Positions 25,838-29,920 of a stretch of DNA of 29,920 nt are shown in pieces. The position numbers and the translations under genes are program-made. Each line of letters opens with the position of its first letter. Positions within the stretch are counted from its first letter, which is position 1. Source of the DNA: a virus (taxonomy: Duplodnaviria; Caudoviricetes); IMG/VR virus record IMGVR_UViG_3300031519_003612, positions 1 to 29,920 of that record; one strand, written 5' to 3'. Below the pieces are notes generated by a model. That model worked only from the letters and a program-made list of their open reading frames with translations. It had not been told where the DNA came from and searched no databases.

Positions 25838-26783
25838 TTCCGAATAAGCTAATGTGGAGTCTTGGAGTGAATCGCCATCCTTTTTCCATACAGACTTCTG
25901 CAACTTCGCGAACATTGAGAACATACTCTTCCGAGCGTCCTCCAAGCGGCATACAGTATACAGGACATTCAATACCCGCATCGCGATATGCTTGAACAGC
26001 TCTGCCAGCTTCTTCAATATCTGCACGATCAGCAACAACAAATTTAAGATAAATGTCACTACCAGCAACAGTGGAATAATTAAGAGCAACGTCAGGCCGA
26101 ATAGCATCTTCCCAAGATTCTCCACTAACGCTGAGTTTGGGCGAGCAACTCCATGTGACATTAATTCTGTCACTATCGTTGAGATAGTTGTAGAGGCCGT
26201 TGTGTAAGTGTTGTGTAGTGTTTGTTTCAAATGTGACATTTTTTAAATCCTTCATACGCGGGTGTTCGAACAGCTCTACGTAAAGTCGTTGCCACGCTAA
26301 CAACGGTTCACCACCTGTCATAATTAAATGGATGTCTTGACCATTATCCATTGTCCACTTACCTTCTGGAGTAAGCGATAGCAGATGTTCAACTACCTCG
26401 TCAACTTCTGCAAGTTTGTTAAAATCTTTAAACTCAGGATAGATACTTGCATAAGTGTCGCACCCTGTGTGAATGATAGGCAAGTCGTTAAACTCTTTTG
26501 TCTTTTCAACAATACCATCATCTAACAATGCTTTTACTTCTGCATTGTATCTTTCACCATTAGCATGCTTTTCTGCACGACTAGGTTCACCTTTGCCAAG
26601 TCCAAAGTTCATACAACGGAAGTTGCAACCAAAGGTACGCAGGAATACACTGGGCACACCTACATACTTACCTTCACCTTGCACACTATAAAATGCTTCA
26701 CTATATCTTAGTTTCATACTAGGTTTCCTGTTAACTGCTTCATACGATGGATATCCTTTTTCAAATACTGGAGATTCGATCAT
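25821..26783 (-). CDS. queE: 7-carboxy-7-deazaguanine synthase-like radical SAM protein
   Basis: EAFYSVQGEG...PSVFLRTFGCNFRC...GCDT, TGGEPL, FETN, CSPKL, LKFVV, RLHI; adjacent to folE. Confidence 0.88.
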   Translation of the reverse strand: MIESPVFEKGYPSYEAVNRKPSMKLRYSEAFYSVQGEGKYVGVPSVFLRTFGCNFRCMNFGLGKGEPSRAEKHANGERYNAEVKALLDDGIVEKTKEFNDLPIIHTGCDTYASIYPEFKDFNKLAEVDEVVEHLLSLTPEGKWTMDNGQDIHLIMTGGEPLLAWQRLYVELFEHPRMKDLKNVTFETNTTQHLHNGLYNYLNDSDRINVTWSCSPKLSVSGESWEDAIRPDVALNYSTVAGSDIYLKFVVADRADIEEAGRAVQAYRDAGIECPVYCMPLGGRSEEYVLNVREVAEVCMEKGWRFTPRLHISLFGNAWGT

Positions 26784-27463
26784 CGTGCAAACTCCTGTTG
26801 TAATTTAATATTGTCAAAGAATTCTTTCTTTGTACTCTGGTCAGCTTTAAATGCACCTTCTAACACAGTTGTTTGTGTAAGACTGCTACTTGCCATAATG
26901 CCACGATTCTCACAGCAACCGTGTGTTGCTTGAATATACACGCCTAAATGCTCTGCACCTGTTGCTGCTTTGATCTCACGTGCAATGTCATTAGCAAGTT
27001 CTTCTTGTAATGTGCCACGTCGAGCGCACCACTGTGCAATACGTGTATACTTGCTAAGACCAATTAATTTGTTAGCAGCAATAATACCAATGTATGCTAC
27101 GCCTGTAACAGGCTGGTGATGATGTGAACACATACTTTTTAGTTCACTACGTACAACTAGCATACCTTCATAGCGATCTGCACTATCGTTAGGAAATGCA
27201 GTTGCACTAGGCATAGGATCATACCGTCCGCTCATAATCTCATTGAAGTACATTTTAGCAAGACGTCTTGCAGTGCCTTGTGAGTTAGGATCATTGTACC
27301 GATCAATTACTAGTGCATCCAGTACACTGTTAAACGCTAGTGTAGCTTCGTCAATAAGTTGTTCTTTATCGCCTTTTTGTAATACTGTACTGATGTTATC
27401 ACCAGCCCAGTAACGAATACCATATTCTTCTAGTTTTGTTTTAATTTCTTGTGCTTTACTCAT
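26780..27463 (-). CDS. folE: GTP cyclohydrolase I
   Basis: TARRLAKMY, SMCSHHHQP, IGLSKYTR, LQEEL, ATHGCCENRG. Confidence 0.95.
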   Translation of the reverse strand: MSKAQEIKTKLEEYGIRYWAGDNISTVLQKGDKEQLIDEATLAFNSVLDALVIDRYNDPNSQGTARRLAKMYFNEIMSGRYDPMPSATAFPNDSADRYEGMLVVRSELKSMCSHHHQPVTGVAYIGIIAANKLIGLSKYTRIAQWCARRGTLQEELANDIAREIKAATGAEHLGVYIQATHGCCENRGIMASSSLTQTTVLEGAFKADQSTKKEFFDNIKLQQEFAR

Positions 27464-27469
27464 TTATAT

Positions 27470-27495
27470 CTCCGATGTTAAGGCAGAGGATTGCC
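27470..27495 (-). ncRNA. Candidate cis-regulatory mini-pseudoknot in the folE leader
   Basis: GGCA-AUCCUC-UGCC-UUAACAUC-GGAG; loop UCC or CUC can pair with the SD. Confidence 0.35.
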
Positions 27496-27511
27496 ATTCA
27501 ATGTATCATTA

Positions 27512-27540
27512 AGTATACACTGTTATTTAGGTTTTGTCAA
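27512..27540 (-). promoter_or_regulatory. sigma70 promoter with embedded TAAATA
   Basis: TTGACA, 17-nt spacer, TATACT upstream of folE. Confidence 0.75.
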
Positions 27541-27543
27541 CTA

Positions 27544-27750
27544 TTAACTAAAATATTTTGTTAACATTTCTAGGCGATCATTTGCACCAGCCATCTTGTC
27601 AAGTTCTTCTTGAATGGCTTCTACAATATCACTATGTTCGCCAATGCCTGTGCTATTATTCATGTAAACCATAATGTTAGTCTTTGCTCTTTCAAGCTCT
27701 CCTTCAGCATGCATACGTGCTGCCTTAGTTAGTTGTGCTTTCATTTCCAT
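27544..27750 (-). CDS. Small hypothetical phage protein
   Basis: 68-aa ORF, GIGEHSDIVEAI. Confidence 0.75.
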   Translation of the reverse strand: MEMKAQLTKAARMHAEGELERAKTNIMVYMNNSTGIGEHSDIVEAIQEELDKMAGANDRLEMLTKYFS

Positions 27751-28105
27751 TTGGTAAATCCTTTCTATAGTTACCTTTTGACGGAATTACGTGTCTTACG
27801 CCACCTCGAGGATCCGCCATGTCCCCTTTGCGTCGTGGAATCAAATGCACATGGGCATACTCTACAGTTTGTCCTGCTGCTTCACCTACATTCTGTCCTA
27901 TGTTAAACGCTTCACAGTATCCGCGTTCTGTCCAATCGTAGCCCCACTTGTATGCTGCTTCCCAGCATTTTACAAGATGTTGCCAATCTTCTACTTTAGG
28001 AACGAAAAGAACATGGCCTTCTGTTACCGGAAAGCCGTCCTTATAAACTGTAAAGTCTTTTGTATCTACTAATACCTCAGTCCAGGGTTTAGTACTCACT
28101 AACAT
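27725..28105 (-). CDS. HIT family nucleotide hydrolase
   Basis: DGFPVTEGHVLFVPK, FNIGQNVGEAAGQTV, YAHVHLIPR; start 28105 or GTG 28099 (track start 28132). Confidence 0.88.
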   Translation of the reverse strand: MLVSTKPWTEVLVDTKDFTVYKDGFPVTEGHVLFVPKVEDWQHLVKCWEAAYKWGYDWTERGYCEAFNIGQNVGEAAGQTVEYAHVHLIPRRKGDMADPRGGVRHVIPSKGNYRKDLPNGNESTTN

Positions 28106-28646
28106 TCTCCCAAGGATAAACAAGCCAGACATCTTCTTCTGCTTTGTTAATTTCGTGACAAGTATAATCTACGGTGCCGTTAAATCCACTTGCTAGATTA
28201 TCTGTAAGTGTTGCAAAGCGAACATTTTTATGCCAAACTGTATTCCAAGTATCTTCATTGGGCAAACAACTGCTCTGCCAATCTTGTTTGATCCAGTTGA
28301 ATGTAGCACCGGTATCGTTAATATCATCTACAACTAGAATATTTTTACGCAGCGACAAATCCCATCTTGCACCAGTAATGCCAGTTTCTTCAGGATTATT
28401 ATAGCCAAACGCTTCTTCGCTCATCCATAGATTACTTTCGGGTCCTTGTGTATCGTCACGCAAACTAACCTTTAGTGCTTCGCAACGTACATCAAGCATG
28501 TTACTAAGGATAGTAGCAGGAATATTACCACCGCGTGTAATACCTACAATATAATCAGGCCGCCATTCGTCTGCGTACATAGTAGTAACAATTTGTACGC
28601 ACATTTTTTCTACGTCTTGCCAACTGTAATAATGTTTCTTAATCAT
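28089..28646 (-). CDS. Type I phosphoribosyltransferase (xanthine/guanine PRT-like)
   Basis: IVGITRGG, ILVVDDINDTGAT, WLVYPWE. Confidence 0.9.
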   Translation of the reverse strand: MIKKHYYSWQDVEKMCVQIVTTMYADEWRPDYIVGITRGGNIPATILSNMLDVRCEALKVSLRDDTQGPESNLWMSEEAFGYNNPEETGITGARWDLSLRKNILVVDDINDTGATFNWIKQDWQSSCLPNEDTWNTVWHKNVRFATLTDNLASGFNGTVDYTCHEINKAEEDVWLVYPWENVSEY

Positions 28647-28648
28647 GT

Positions 28649-28831
28649 TTACCCCTTTGCATCTTTTTCTGCTTTAGTAAGTTTGTTATTCCAAGTGTAG
28701 TTGCTAATGCCTAATTCATTTGCCATAGGTTTAGTTTTACCTTTAGTAACTGCGCCGCCTCTTGCTAAAAATTCAGCCATCAATCGTTCTGTTTCTTCGT
28801 CTTTAGATTTTGCATCGTGATTCATAGCCAT
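28649..28831 (-). CDS. Small hypothetical phage protein
   Basis: 60-aa ORF, EFLARGGAV, SD AAGGA. Confidence 0.65.
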   Translation of the reverse strand: MAMNHDAKSKDEETERLMAEFLARGGAVTKGKTKPMANELGISNYTWNNKLTKAEKDAKG

Positions 28832-28846
28832 TAGTTAGATTCCTTA

Positions 28847-29191
28847 TTAAAATTGAGTGTCATCTTCATTTTGTTTGCCCTTCCAATCTTGCTTTACAAG
28901 ATCGTAAGTTGTTTTAAAATTACGCCAAGTTTTTTCTAATGCAGGATACTCTTTACACATACGTTCAACTTCATCTGGATCGATACTATTGTCTAACGGC
29001 CAAGTAATATTGTAATCATTTATATTAATGGTATCGCTCACAGTATAAGTTGGCGATACACCTAACATTGATGTACTATAAACATAATCGCTGCTGCTTT
29101 GGCCGCCAATAGTAATTGTAGTATCAGCATTTAACGTAAACGGAGAAAGCGACCCCTCAGTTACGTCAAACGTAATATCGCCAATGGACAT
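28847..29191 (-). CDS. Hypothetical phage protein
   Basis: MCKEYPALEKTWRNFKTTYDLV C-terminus; start placed at 29191 after AAGGA (track start 29230). Confidence 0.7.
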   Translation of the reverse strand: MSIGDITFDVTEGSLSPFTLNADTTITIGGQSSSDYVYSTSMLGVSPTYTVSDTININDYNITWPLDNSIDPDEVERMCKEYPALEKTWRNFKTTYDLVKQDWKGKQNEDDTQF

Positions 29192-29195
29192 ATCA

Positions 29196-29920
29196 TCATC
29201 CTTTGATTGCGTCATATAATGCTGCTCCACTAAAGAATTCTTTGTTTAGTTTAGTAACTTGTTTAGATAGACTAACTGCAAAGTCATCATAATTTTCCAT
29301 GTACTCTACAATACGTGCAATTACTTTGTCTTTGTGATGCAAGTAAGCGTCAAAGTCTTCAGTCCATTCGCTTGGGTATAAGAACTCTGGAACAGCCATT
29401 TCACTGTAGCTGAGTCTATCCGGAACCATAGGAATAGCATTTACAAGAGCACCTTCATACCAGCTAATGCCTAGTGTTTCCTGCAGGTTAGCACTAAACA
29501 CTAGTTTAGCTTCACCTAGCAAGTTGTGATACTCGTTCTTTGTAAGTTCTTGATCTTGACAAACAACAAATTCATATTGCGGCAAACGCTCTGCAAGGTC
29601 TCTAAAGATATCAACTTGCTTCTCAGGAGCAACACGATGCGGAAACAAAATTAAGTTTCGCTTGTCCATACCCTTGTAACTGTCTAAACTGTTGCGTAGA
29701 TACTCCATAGGCCAACCAACTTTGATTGCTTTGTCCATGTCAACACTATAGTCATCCATCATAGTGTCAGTAAACAAGTCAATATGAAAGTCAGTAGCAT
29801 AAAAGTTATCATCATAACATTCATACATTGACATTTCTGCATGTCTTACCCAAGGTTTATCGCCTATTAGCCTACCAAGGAAATCATGAGGATCATAACT
29901 ACCAGCATGCCAAAGACCAC
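29196..29920 (-). CDS. GT-B glycosyltransferase (5' end outside window)
   Basis: Frame is open to the edge (GLWHAGSYDPHDFLGR...); ILFPHRVAPEK, QETLGISWYEG, PDRLSYSEM. Confidence 0.8.
   Translation of the reverse strand, partial: GLWHAGSYDPHDFLGRLIGDKPWVRHAEMSMYECYDDNFYATDFHIDLFTDTMMDDYSVDMDKAIKVGWPMEYLRNSLDSYKGMDKRNLILFPHRVAPEKQVDIFRDLAERLPQYEFVVCQDQELTKNEYHNLLGEAKLVFSANLQETLGISWYEGALVNAIPMVPDRLSYSEMAVPEFLYPSEWTEDFDAYLHHKDKVIARIVEYMENYDDFAVSLSKQVTKLNKEFFSGAALYDAIKG

Noticed and set aside
25838-26239. 164-aa hydrophobic overlapping ORF (25745-26239) as an overprinted membrane protein
   Set aside because: Alternative frame of queE without a clear SD; only the last 30 codons are retained as a low-confidence small gene.
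1020-28404. Short opposite-strand and nested ORFs in the track (for example 18192-18680, 24336-24752, 22313-22627, 8790-9095)
   Set aside because: They are shadows of well-supported genes and have no motifs or RBS.
1-29920. tRNA, rRNA, integrase, transposase, or alternative genetic code
   Set aside because: No cloverleaf or recombinase motifs noticed; intergenic gaps are short and genes read intact in the standard code with all three stop codons used.

Overview
AT-rich, gene-dense window that most likely comes from a large lytic tailed phage with T4-like gene expression (inference: T4-type RNase H/5'-3' exonuclease, MoxR-VWA pair, Mtd_N-type fibre gene, TATAAATA-type late promoters, near-consensus sigma70 promoters, no host housekeeping synteny). 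Positions 1-17365 form a divergently transcribed island of about 22 tailoring-enzyme genes. The left arm (minus strand) encodes a SAM methyltransferase, a carbamoyltransferase, three radical SAM enzymes plus a stand-alone SPASM/twitch-like protein, two nitroreductases, a cysteine-hydrolase-like protein, a QueC-like PP-loop ATPase, a DegT aminotransferase and a glycosyltransferase-like protein. The right arm (plus strand) encodes a GNAT-like protein, a membrane fatty-acid desaturase and seven Fe(II)/2-oxoglutarate oxygenase-fold proteins. One oxygenase has HxA, the halogenase signature, and one has HxN in place of HxD. The two arms share a palindromic bidirectional promoter, and the island abuts a tail-fibre-like gene. 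Positions 17357-29920 (minus strand) look like phage core genes: fibre, hypotheticals, VWA metallopeptidase, MoxR ATPase, RNase H, an atypical QueE, FolE, a HIT protein, a purine PRTase and a GT-B glycosyltransferase. Small-scale structure includes a diverged duplicate of the degT 5' end (recombination scar), a leaderless promoter, a candidate pseudoknot in the folE leader and a T4-style translation-blocking hairpin. All calls come from reading motifs by eye; no database searches were run.
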